From: a candidate division FCPU426 bacterium
Lineage (GTDB): Bacteria > Oederibacteriota > JAUXIB01
Assembly (NCBI GenBank): GCA_030621225.1
Contig: JAUXIB010000002.1
Span: forward strand, 48-64,047
Direction of reading: 5' to 3'
Length of the DNA: 64,000 bases
The notes beneath the pieces were generated by a model. That model did no database searches and was not told the DNA's origin. It saw only the letters and a list, made by a program, of their open reading frames with translations. The position numbers and the translations under genes were made by a program. Below are positions 55,838 through 64,000 of the stretch, one piece after another (position 1 is the stretch's first letter; each line of letters starts with the position of its first letter).

Positions 55838-56827
55838 TCAGCCAAACAACAACGACACCCGCAACGACCAGGACAAGGTATGGTAACCGAAAGTGCCACG
55901 ATCGTACCAGACACCGTAGCAGTTGGCCGCCGCGCTAATGAGCAGTTCCTGCCGGAAGAGCAATGAGAGATCGGTCACGATGTAATGTGTGCTCGTAGCA
56001 GAGACCCATTGCCGTTCCTGTGTGCGCTCCGCTGCCTGCTCGCGGTAATAATAAGTGCTACTTAAAAACACGTCCTGGTGTCCGTCACGGAATAAATTCG
56101 CGCGCAGGCCAAAGCTACCGATAGTCACGTCGCCGGGGTCTATTTCCTGGGGACCACTCCGCAGGTAAAGGTAGGCGTCCCGGCGCAAGGGCAAACGCTG
56201 CTCCCGGTTGATTCCCAGCGCAAAGGAAAGAGCCCACCACCGCAGACCGCCGCTGGCGCCGAACAACAGGTCCCGGCTGCCCGTGCCGGTAGCCATTAGC
56301 GGTTCTTCTAGCTCATAGGGATCTTCACCGGTGGGCAGTTTCACCCCCAGGCTGAGTCGGCTGAAATATCGCGCAAAGGAACGTTCCGCAAAAAGCTGAA
56401 AGCGCACATCGCCCAGCCTTAGCCCCTCCTCCGCCAGCCGCGTACTCTCCACCCTCTCGCCATACACGTCAAGACCCGAATCAGGAAGCTCTTTGATGGT
56501 AAAAAACGGAACATAACCGGACAGGTACAAACCACCGGGCAGGGAAACGCCGAAGTCAAGCTCCACCTCCAGCGCCTGGAAATTAGAGAATTTAATATAT
56601 TGACATATATCTTTCCAATCGGCCTCGAAGAACAGGTAAGCCCAGGGATTGGTATGACGCAGAGAATAGATATAGAAAGCACTGCCTATTTCCTTCCTTT
56701 TCAAGCCCAGCGAAAAACGCGTGTCCTCGCGTAAAGACGGAAAAATATCGGGGGCCACTTCGGCTAAGAGACAGCTCTGATAGCACAGAAAAAACAGAAG
56801 CAATATAGCTATGATTCTATATTTCAT
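55838..56827 (-). CDS. hypothetical secreted / outer-membrane protein
   Basis: Start at ATG 56827 gives the signal peptide MKYRIIAILLLFFLCYQSCLLA. The beta-rich sequence is not recognised. Confidence 0.5.
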   Translation of the reverse strand: MKYRIIAILLLFFLCYQSCLLAEVAPDIFPSLREDTRFSLGLKRKEIGSAFYIYSLRHTNPWAYLFFEADWKDICQYIKFSNFQALEVELDFGVSLPGGLYLSGYVPFFTIKELPDSGLDVYGERVESTRLAEEGLRLGDVRFQLFAERSFARYFSRLSLGVKLPTGEDPYELEEPLMATGTGSRDLLFGASGGLRWWALSFALGINREQRLPLRRDAYLYLRSGPQEIDPGDVTIGSFGLRANLFRDGHQDVFLSSTYYYREQAAERTQERQWVSATSTHYIVTDLSLLFRQELLISAAANCYGVWYDRGTFGYHTLSWSLRVSLLFG

Positions 56828-56852
56828 AAGACTGTCCGAAACATCTGCGTAA

Positions 56853-57386
56853 CTAAAACAGCCAACTAACCCGCGGACCAATACGGCCGTTTCTAGCTTC
56901 CATCAAGAACTTGAACCCGTACTGGCGGTTAAAGTTTTTGGCCTTGCTATGGGCATCCTGGGCCGAGTAAAAATAGAGCAGCAAACTCACCGTAGCCGCC
57001 GCCATACCCTTATGCTCATCTTTATATTCCCTTACCGCCTGGCCGGATTGACCCGCCACGGTCTCCAACTGGAGGTTTTCCAACGCCAGACAGGTAGACA
57101 CAACAAAAAGCGGAATTATCCCTGCCGCCCAATAGTAATTTTCTGTGTAAACATGACCCAGTCCGGGGGCAAACAGCGAAAAGATCATTGCGGCATTTGG
57201 ATCCTTGGGATATACCTCGTATGCAGAACGGTAGATCTCGTATCCCGACTTCTCTACCTCCGGTACATAGATGCCGCTTTCCAACATAGTCGGAGGCTCA
57301 AGCTCTTCGGCGGAGGACCCACCCACCTGCTGCGCCAGCGCTCCGCAGGGCAAAAAAATCGCACAGATTATAAAAAACGTTTTCAT
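56853..57386 (-). CDS. hypothetical exported membrane protein
   Basis: Start at ATG 57386 gives MKTFFIICAIFLPCGALA, with two or three TM segments downstream. The track's N-terminal 49 aa run through the structured repeat. Confidence 0.5.
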   Translation of the reverse strand: MKTFFIICAIFLPCGALAQQVGGSSAEELEPPTMLESGIYVPEVEKSGYEIYRSAYEVYPKDPNAAMIFSLFAPGLGHVYTENYYWAAGIIPLFVVSTCLALENLQLETVAGQSGQAVREYKDEHKGMAAATVSLLLYFYSAQDAHSKAKNFNRQYGFKFLMEARNGRIGPRVSWLF

Positions 57387-57405
57387 TTTCTCTTCGCACC
57401 AGTAA

Positions 57406-57550
57406 ATTGCGAATAACTGCAACCTATCCACGGTCCGGACTCCCAAGGGAGTCCCCGTGGTCTCCGTTCTTCGAATATCAGTGAAAGGAGACCACACATC
57501 AGCGCTAACAATCCGCGTAATCAGCGCCAACAATCCGCGTAATCAGCGAT
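57406..57550 (+). repeat. structured dispersed repeat, copy b (lon / downstream gene spacer)
   Basis: The core 57423-57504 matches 22805-22885 with a few substitutions and one indel. Its 3' part is about 2.3 tandem copies of a 22-mer, ATCAGCGCTAACAATCCGCGTA. Confidence 0.7.
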
Positions 57551-57553
57551 CCA

Positions 57554-60034
57554 TCAATGCGCCGGTCTATCTTCCGCATAACCGTCAACCGTCCGCGGTT
57601 TTCCGGCACGGTTGCCATTACCGGCAAACAGCTTTTTACTAAAAACCAGACGCAACACCTTCTCCATATGGTTCACCGGCAAAAACTTCATCCCCTGCTT
57701 GGTTTTTTTCGGCACTTCCGACAATTCATCCATATTATCTTCCGGCAAAAGCACGGTATTAATCCCGGCCTGCTTGGCGGCTAGCACCTTCTCTTTTAGT
57801 CCGCCAATTTTCAGCACCCGCCCCCGTAGTGTCAACTCCCCCGTCATCGCCAGATCGGGTACGAGCAGGCGGCCGCACGCCGCCGAGACCAGCGCCACGC
57901 CGATGGCGACGCCAGCGGACGGACCATCCTTTGGCACCGCGCCCTCCGGAATATGCACGTGGATGTCACGCCGCTCAAAGAAGTTGCGCGGCAAACCGAG
58001 CTGCGGCCCACACGCCCGAACGTAACTCAGCGCGGCTTGCGCTGACTCTCGCAGCACTTCCCCCAATTTACCGGTAAGGATCAGCTTACCCTTACCGGGC
58101 ATGATATTCACCTCGATGGTCAATAATTCCCCGCCGAACTCCGTCCAGGCCAGACCGGTGGCCACACCAGGTTCACGGATCTTTTGATAGCTGTCCTTGA
58201 ATTTTGGCACACCAAGATACTTGCGCAAAGACTTGGGCCCGATGGCAAGAACGCGATCCCCCCCCCTGGTCTGGCTTTTGGCACGCAAAGCGAACTGTTT
58301 GGCAACCTTGCGGCAGACCGTCGCTAATTCCCGCTCCAGATTACGCACACCTGCTTCACGCGTATAGCCGGTAACGATGGTGCGGATGGCGGCCGAACTG
58401 ACAGCAAGCTGTCCTTTGGACAACCCATGCTCGGAAATCATCTTCGGCAGTAAAAATTTCTCGGCTATCTCCAGCTTCTCTTCGGAGGTATATCCGGGCA
58501 AGCGTATTACCTCCATCCGGTCATGCAAAGCGGCAGGAACCGTGTGCAAAACATTAGCAGTGGTGATAAACAGCACCTTGGACAGATCGAAATCCAAGTC
58601 CATATAGTGGTCGTTGAAAGCTGAGTTCTGCTCCGGATCAAGCGCTTCTAAAAGCGCCGCCGCCGGATCGCCGCGAAAATCCGACCCCAACTTATCCACC
58701 TCATCCAATAGCATCACCGGATTAGCACTACCAGCCTTCTTCAATAGCTGAATGATCTTTCCCGGCAAAGCCCCAATGTAAGTACGGCGGTGACCGCGTA
58801 TCTCGGCTTCGTCACGCACGCCGCCCAGCGAAGCACGCGCAAATTTACGATCCATCGCCCGGGCGATAGATTTAGCCAACGATGTTTTTCCTACACCCGG
58901 CGGACCAACGAAACAAAGGATAGGACCACGCATCTTCTTGGTCAGTTTGCAAACCGCTAGATGCTCCACGATACGTTCCTTGGCCTTTTCCATATCATGG
59001 TGATCTTCATTGAGTATGCGCTCCGCCCGCTTTAGGTCCAGACGATCCTTGGTTAGATTTTTCCAGGGCAGATCCAAAATCCAGTCCAAATAGGTGCGGA
59101 TAACAGCGGCCTCGGCAGACATCGGCATCATCTTAGCCATTCGCCCTAATTCCCGACCGGCCTGTTTTGCCACCGCCGCGGGCAGGGCCGCCTTGTCTAT
59201 AGCCTGTTTGAGTTCATCCACCTCCCCGCTCAGATCCGCTTCGCCACCGATCTCCTTTTGAATGGCTTTCATCTGTTCCTGCAGGTAGTAGTCCTTTTGC
59301 GATTTACTCATGGATTCACGCACCCGTCCCTGGATCTTGCGCTCCAAGACGAGCAGGTCATTTTCCTTAAGTATCAGCTTGATCAGTTCCTCGATACGGC
59401 GCCGACAAGCCGAGATCTCCAGCAGTTTTTGCTTGTCGCGCACCTTAATGGTAAGATGGGCGGCGATAATGCTGGTAAGCTTTTCAGAATCTTCCACGTT
59501 ATTCACAGAAAACACAGCATCAGGAGAGAGACGATGATTTAGGTTGACGTGCTTTTCAAAAACATCCAGCAGACTGCGCACCAGGGCCTCGCCACTCTTA
59601 CCCAGCTCGACATGAAACGGCTCTTCTCTTCCTTTTCCCCGCAAATAACCGTCTCCGGCTTCCAAGACGGAGATCGCCACCCGTGTCTTCCCCTCCACCA
59701 GTACCTTCAACGACCCGTCGGGCGCCTTGGCCACCTGCAGCACCTTGACCAACGTGCCCAGCTTGTAAACGTCACCAAACCCCGGGTCCTCGTTGCCGGG
59801 CTTGCGCTGCGTCAACAGTAACAAGTGCCCATCCCCCCCGGTCGCACCGGCGGCCTCTACCGCCTTCATCGAGCGATCGCGCCCTACTAACAACGGCACT
59901 ACCAGATGTGGAAAAACAACCATATCCCGCAACGGCACCACCGGCCAACCCGCTTGACTAACCACCTTGCCAACTTTCCTGACCCGCTTAGCGGTACGCT
60001 TGACCATCGTAGATTTCTTCGCTGTTTTTTTCAT
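57554..60034 (-). CDS. lon: ATP-dependent Lon protease
   Basis: 826 aa. Walker A GPPGVGKTS; protease active site PKDGPSAG. Confidence 0.96.
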   Translation of the reverse strand: MKKTAKKSTMVKRTAKRVRKVGKVVSQAGWPVVPLRDMVVFPHLVVPLLVGRDRSMKAVEAAGATGGDGHLLLLTQRKPGNEDPGFGDVYKLGTLVKVLQVAKAPDGSLKVLVEGKTRVAISVLEAGDGYLRGKGREEPFHVELGKSGEALVRSLLDVFEKHVNLNHRLSPDAVFSVNNVEDSEKLTSIIAAHLTIKVRDKQKLLEISACRRRIEELIKLILKENDLLVLERKIQGRVRESMSKSQKDYYLQEQMKAIQKEIGGEADLSGEVDELKQAIDKAALPAAVAKQAGRELGRMAKMMPMSAEAAVIRTYLDWILDLPWKNLTKDRLDLKRAERILNEDHHDMEKAKERIVEHLAVCKLTKKMRGPILCFVGPPGVGKTSLAKSIARAMDRKFARASLGGVRDEAEIRGHRRTYIGALPGKIIQLLKKAGSANPVMLLDEVDKLGSDFRGDPAAALLEALDPEQNSAFNDHYMDLDFDLSKVLFITTANVLHTVPAALHDRMEVIRLPGYTSEEKLEIAEKFLLPKMISEHGLSKGQLAVSSAAIRTIVTGYTREAGVRNLERELATVCRKVAKQFALRAKSQTRGGDRVLAIGPKSLRKYLGVPKFKDSYQKIREPGVATGLAWTEFGGELLTIEVNIMPGKGKLILTGKLGEVLRESAQAALSYVRACGPQLGLPRNFFERRDIHVHIPEGAVPKDGPSAGVAIGVALVSAACGRLLVPDLAMTGELTLRGRVLKIGGLKEKVLAAKQAGINTVLLPEDNMDELSEVPKKTKQGMKFLPVNHMEKVLRLVFSKKLFAGNGNRAGKPRTVDGYAEDRPAH

Positions 60035-60052
60035 ATAATAAAACTTTCACCT

Positions 60053-61297
60053 TTATGCGCTTTCCTTCTTCCTCTCCATAGTAAATATAGGGGCTGCCTT
60101 CTTGAGGATGACGTCCTCGGTGATCAAACATTCCTTTACTCGACGCATGTCGGGCAAATCATACATGATACCGAGCATAATATCCTCAACGATCGCCCGC
60201 AATCCCCGCGCGCCCGTTTTGCGATGGATCGCCTCCCGGGCAATGGATTTCACCGCATCCTGAGCAAAAGTAAGATTGACACCCTCCAATTGGAAATACT
60301 TCTTATACTGCTTGGCCAAAGCGTTGCGTGGCTCAGTAAAAATAGTCGCCAACGAATCCTCATCAAGCTCGTCCAACACTCCAGTCACCGGCATCCGGCC
60401 TACAAACTCCGGGATCATGCCATACTTGATCATATCTTCCGGGTGTACTTGCTTCATTACCTCGTAATCCGTTCCCTTGAGCCGGGCATCCGCACGAGCG
60501 GTGAAACCAATGGTGTTATCCCCCAGACGCCGCTTGACGATCTCGTCCAGCCCGATAAACGCACCGCCACAAATAAAAAGAATATTCCGCGTATCTATCT
60601 GCAGGTACTCCTGATGGGGGTGTTTGCGCCCCCCCTGCGGGGGAACGTTAGCCAGCGTGCCTTCTATGATCTTCAACAAAGCCTGTTGCACCCCCTCGCC
60701 GGAAACATCACGTGTGATAGATATATTCTCGGATTTACGCGCGATCTTATCTATCTCGTCTATGTAAATGATGCCCCGTTCCGCTTCCTCGCGATCAAAC
60801 TTCGCGTCTTGTAACAAGCGCAGCAAAATATTTTCCACATCCTCGCCAACATAACCGGCCTCGGTAAGACAGGTGGCGTCCACCAAAGCAAAAGGCACCT
60901 TGAGCAGGCGCGCCAGGGTCTGGGCCAATAAGGTCTTGCCTACTCCCGTCGGACCGATCAACAGCACGTTGCTTTTTTCCAGTTCCACATCGTCTTTGGT
61001 CGCCTTGTTATTGAGACGCTTGTAATGATTATGTACGGCCACCGCGAGAACTTTTTTCACATCATCCTGACCAATGACATAGCTGTCCAGGAAAGCCTTG
61101 ATCTCACTCGGTTTGTGCATCAACCGTTTCTTTTTCTTCCCCTCGTCAGCGATCTCATCCGATAATATATCGTTGCAAAGGGTAATGCACTCATTACAAA
61201 TGTAGACCGTGGGGCCGGCCACCAGCTTGCGCACCTCGTCCTGGTGTTTGCCGCAGAACGAACAGCGTAATTGCTTGCCTACTTTTGATCGTACCAT
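60053..61297 (-). CDS. clpX: ATP-dependent Clp protease ATP-binding subunit ClpX
   Basis: Zinc finger CSFCGK...CNEC, Walker [12 protein letters not shown]-like loop. Confidence 0.97.
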   Translation of the reverse strand: MVRSKVGKQLRCSFCGKHQDEVRKLVAGPTVYICNECITLCNDILSDEIADEGKKKKRLMHKPSEIKAFLDSYVIGQDDVKKVLAVAVHNHYKRLNNKATKDDVELEKSNVLLIGPTGVGKTLLAQTLARLLKVPFALVDATCLTEAGYVGEDVENILLRLLQDAKFDREEAERGIIYIDEIDKIARKSENISITRDVSGEGVQQALLKIIEGTLANVPPQGGRKHPHQEYLQIDTRNILFICGGAFIGLDEIVKRRLGDNTIGFTARADARLKGTDYEVMKQVHPEDMIKYGMIPEFVGRMPVTGVLDELDEDSLATIFTEPRNALAKQYKKYFQLEGVNLTFAQDAVKSIAREAIHRKTGARGLRAIVEDIMLGIMYDLPDMRRVKECLITEDVILKKAAPIFTMERKKESA

Positions 61298-61397
61298 TTT
61301 TCTGCCTCCGTCATCTTTGTATCGAAGTAACGGGGTATCGGAATATCGGAGTCATACTACCCCGACACGCCGATACACCGGCACACCGATACAGGGG

Positions 61398-61982
61398 TTA
61401 TCTCTCTTTTATCACCTGATCGATCATGCCATACGTCTTGGCCTGATCCGCTGTCATGAAGTTATCGCGGTCCGAGTCTTTCTCAATATCCGCCACGCTC
61501 TTGCCGGTATGATCGGCCAATATCTTGTCAAGTTGGGTCTTGATACGCATTATCTCCTTGGCGTGGATCGCTATATCCGCCGCCTGCCCCTCGGTACCGC
61601 CCAGCGGCTGGTGGATCATAATACGCGAGTGCGGCAGGGCAAAACGCTTGCCCTTGGCGCCCGCGGCCAGCAACAACGCCCCCATGCTGGCCGCCTGCCC
61701 CATGCAAAAGGTAGCCACCTGGGGCTTGACGAACTGCATCGTGTCATAGATAGCCAGTCCCGCGGTCACCGCCCCACCAGGAGAATTGATATAAATACTA
61801 ATATCCTTCTCGGCATCTTCCTGCTCCAGAAAGAGCATCTGAGCGATGATCAAATTGGCAATGGCATCATCCACCCCCGCCCCTACAAAGATTATCCTGT
61901 CCTTCAACAAGCGGGAATAAATATCATATGACCGCTCTCCGCGACTGGTTTGCTCAACTACCATTGGCACTAAGTAAGACAT
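61398..61982 (-). CDS. clpP: ATP-dependent Clp protease proteolytic subunit
   Basis: [11 protein letters not shown] (Ser) and RIMIHQP (His) active-site motifs. Confidence 0.97.
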   Translation of the reverse strand: MSYLVPMVVEQTSRGERSYDIYSRLLKDRIIFVGAGVDDAIANLIIAQMLFLEQEDAEKDISIYINSPGGAVTAGLAIYDTMQFVKPQVATFCMGQAASMGALLLAAGAKGKRFALPHSRIMIHQPLGGTEGQAADIAIHAKEIMRIKTQLDKILADHTGKSVADIEKDSDRDNFMTADQAKTYGMIDQVIKER

Positions 61983-62005
61983 CTTCTACCTCGCTTTCTC
62001 GCCGA

Positions 62006-63361
62006 TCACTCTTTAATGTTTGCCGCTTTAACAACTAGCTCTATCGTCTTTTCCTCCACCAACTGCGCGCGCATGCCCTCGCGGCTGCCGCGCGTTTCTA
62101 TATATTTGCGAAGTTCCTCCGGCTTCACTCCCTGCGTGGCGGCCATATTATCTATGTGCTTCTCCAAGTCATCATCGCTGACTTGAACGCCCTCGGCTTC
62201 GGATATCTTTTCCAGCACCAGCGAACTCTTGATCATCTTCTCCGCGCCGCGTTTACACTCCTCGCGCAGCCGCTTCTCGTCAAAGGGCGCCCCGCCCTGG
62301 CCGGCGGCCGTCTGCCACTGGCGCGCGTTCATCTGAAAAAGACGCTCCTCCTCCCTTTTGATCATACTCTCGGGCGCCTCTACCTTGTGCTTCTCTATCA
62401 GCGCGTCAAAGACCTGGTCGGCCAGCTTGCGCCGCCGTTCTTTTTCTTTGAATTCCCTTATCCTTTTTTCCATCTCCTCTTTCAAAGCGGCCAGGTTGTC
62501 ATAATTACCCAGCTTCTTGGCGAAGGCGTCATTCAATTCAGGCAACTGCCGCTTGCGCAGTTCCTTGACGTCCACATGAAAAGCAGCTTTCTTCTTGGCC
62601 AGTTCCTTGTCCTGGACGTCATCGGGCATCGTTATCTCGAAGTCCTTGCTGGCGCCTTTTTCCATACCTTTGATATTCTTCTCAAACTCCGGAAACAGCC
62701 GCCCCTGACCAAGCACCAGATCGTAACCGCGCCCGTGCCCGCCCTTGAAAACCTTACCGTCTATCATGCCCTTAAAATCTATCTTCAGGTAATCGCCTTC
62801 CTCGGCCTTCGCCCCTTCCCCGGCCGGCTCATAACCGGCCTGACGCTCTTGCAAACCTTTCAGTTCCTTCTCGATCTCGTCGGACTTTACCTCCACCTTT
62901 TCGCCCTTTAATTTCAAGCCCTTGTAGCTCTTAAGTTCTACCTCCGGTTTCACCTCTATCTCCGCGCGAAAAGTCAGCGCTTTGCCTTCCTCAAGCTTTA
63001 TCGGATCCACCTTTTCCGAGCCGGAAATCGCCGGTAATTCATGCTCCTTGACCGCCTGCTCGAAAAACTCCGGCACTATCGCCTTGAGCGCCTCATCATC
63101 TACTTCCCCGCCAAACTGCTTCAATATCACGTTTTTAGGCACCTTTCCCTTGCGGAATCCCTTGATGCGAGCCTGTTTGCTTATTTTAATCAGGGCCTGC
63201 TGACGGGCTTCTTCTATCCTTTCCGCGGGGATGGTAACTTTTAGCTCCACTTTCGCCAGTGAAAGCTGTTTTTTCTCGGAAACCTTCTCTACGGCCTTTT
63301 CCGGGACATTTCCCGCCGTCTCTTCTTTTGGGGTCTTTTCGGTGTTCTGTTCAGAATCCAA
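62006..63361 (-). CDS. tig: trigger factor
   Basis: 451 aa. GFRKGKVP ribosome-binding motif and FKBP-type middle domain. TTG start at 63361 with AAGGAG 7 nt upstream. Confidence 0.93.
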   Translation of the reverse strand: MDSEQNTEKTPKEETAGNVPEKAVEKVSEKKQLSLAKVELKVTIPAERIEEARQQALIKISKQARIKGFRKGKVPKNVILKQFGGEVDDEALKAIVPEFFEQAVKEHELPAISGSEKVDPIKLEEGKALTFRAEIEVKPEVELKSYKGLKLKGEKVEVKSDEIEKELKGLQERQAGYEPAGEGAKAEEGDYLKIDFKGMIDGKVFKGGHGRGYDLVLGQGRLFPEFEKNIKGMEKGASKDFEITMPDDVQDKELAKKKAAFHVDVKELRKRQLPELNDAFAKKLGNYDNLAALKEEMEKRIREFKEKERRRKLADQVFDALIEKHKVEAPESMIKREEERLFQMNARQWQTAAGQGGAPFDEKRLREECKRGAEKMIKSSLVLEKISEAEGVQVSDDDLEKHIDNMAATQGVKPEELRKYIETRGSREGMRAQLVEEKTIELVVKAANIKE

Positions 63362-63433
63362 TGTATTTCTCCTTATTAACGATATTTCTTATAATTAATG
63401 ATATTTTTTCCTAATAATATAAATTAGCACGGC

Positions 63434-63462
63434 ATTCTAGCACTATTGGGGGATTAAATCAA
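63434..63462 (-). promoter_or_regulatory. sigma70 promoter TTGATT-17-TGcTAGAAT for tig-clpP-clpX-lon
   Basis: rc TTGATT at 63462-63457; TAGAAT at 63439-63434, preceded by TGC. Confidence 0.55.
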
Positions 63463-64000
63463 GCACCATCGCCTTGTAGAATGGAAATAGGAAGAGACAT
63501 CGTGACCCCACTGCAGGACCAAGGAAGCGCCAAAAACGACTCTTCACCACCAAGTCACCAAGTCATCCGCCTTCGACAAGGGCTACGGCGAGACAAGCCA
63601 TGAACGGCTTTGTCCACAGATTTCACAGATTACACAGATTATTCTTTTGATGACGACGAGGAGGATTCTTCGCTAACAGGGGAGCACTCTTGGTTCTAAC
63701 GGATGAAGTCAAGGTTAGACGCAAAAATTACACCGATGATAACAAAGGAATATGAGGGTTCCGTTTCCTCTATGAAAATATATAAAAACGGAAGTCATCC
63801 CGGCACTAAAAGAGTTTAATAATGCGGGGCGTAATTGGACTTTTCAGTAAGCGGGTTTGCATGTTTTGTGAGAGAGTTTTTTGGTAATTTTGAATTACTA
63901 AGAAAAAAATCTGTGGTACGAACACCAAAAGTGTTCTCGCGAGTTTCTACCTTGCTAAATATAACAGAAACTTGCAAATCTGTGGATAGGTCGTTAGAGA

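Noticed and set aside
59906-60814. 302-aa plus-strand ORF.
   Set aside because: A shadow ORF antisense to lon and clpX.

Overview
Gene-dense 64-kb chromosomal window from a diderm bacterium (TolC, beta-barrel OMPs and lipoproteins are present). G+C is roughly 50-55% by hand counts, and about 85% of CDS lie on the minus strand. All product calls come from motif recognition by eye; no searches were run.

Core content, left to right:
- a stand-alone cNMP-binding protein
- a TetR-controlled MacAB/TolC-type tripartite ABC efflux operon
- a DUF2089/SHOCT-like pair
- rtcB, an aac(3)-like gene, ileS
- a 961-aa Cache/HAMP protein with a degenerate histidine-kinase core and an acidic tail
- gyrA, gyrB, a DUF721 (DciA-like) gene, recF
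- rimI-tsaB-tsaE, an HU-like gene, cstA
- a GT-C glycosyltransferase and a sugar ABC importer
- a four-gene CsgG-like lipoprotein/OMP cluster
- a deoxyhypusine-synthase-like gene and a radical SAM gene
- one tRNA(CAU)
- rpsU-yqeY-dnaG-rpoD, HIT, mtaB, a GHMP kinase, lon-clpX-clpP-tig

No rRNA and no CRISPR array were seen.

Accessory and unusual content:
1. An AT-rich island (~42.0-48.0 kb) sits between the tRNA and the rpoD terminator. It carries a translationally coupled endonuclease-like gene plus a phage-Dam-family methylase, and a convergent orphan 695-aa protein with a PD-(D/E)xK signature. This is the best candidate for an undescribed defence module. The island is split by an intact IS1380-family element with 18-bp IRs and a 5-bp TSD.
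2. The tRNA is followed by a 160-bp direct repeat that re-contains its 3' end.
3. A RAYT (Y1 transposase) gene is bracketed by a 48-bp palindrome-containing repeat, with a third copy inside the efflux operon.
4. Heptad-periodic, imperfectly dyad-symmetric tracts occupy many intergenic spacers, flush with stop and start codons.
5. A ~130-bp two-hairpin repeat lies inside two minus-strand operons.
6. DnaA-box-like motifs occur at the right edge of the window.
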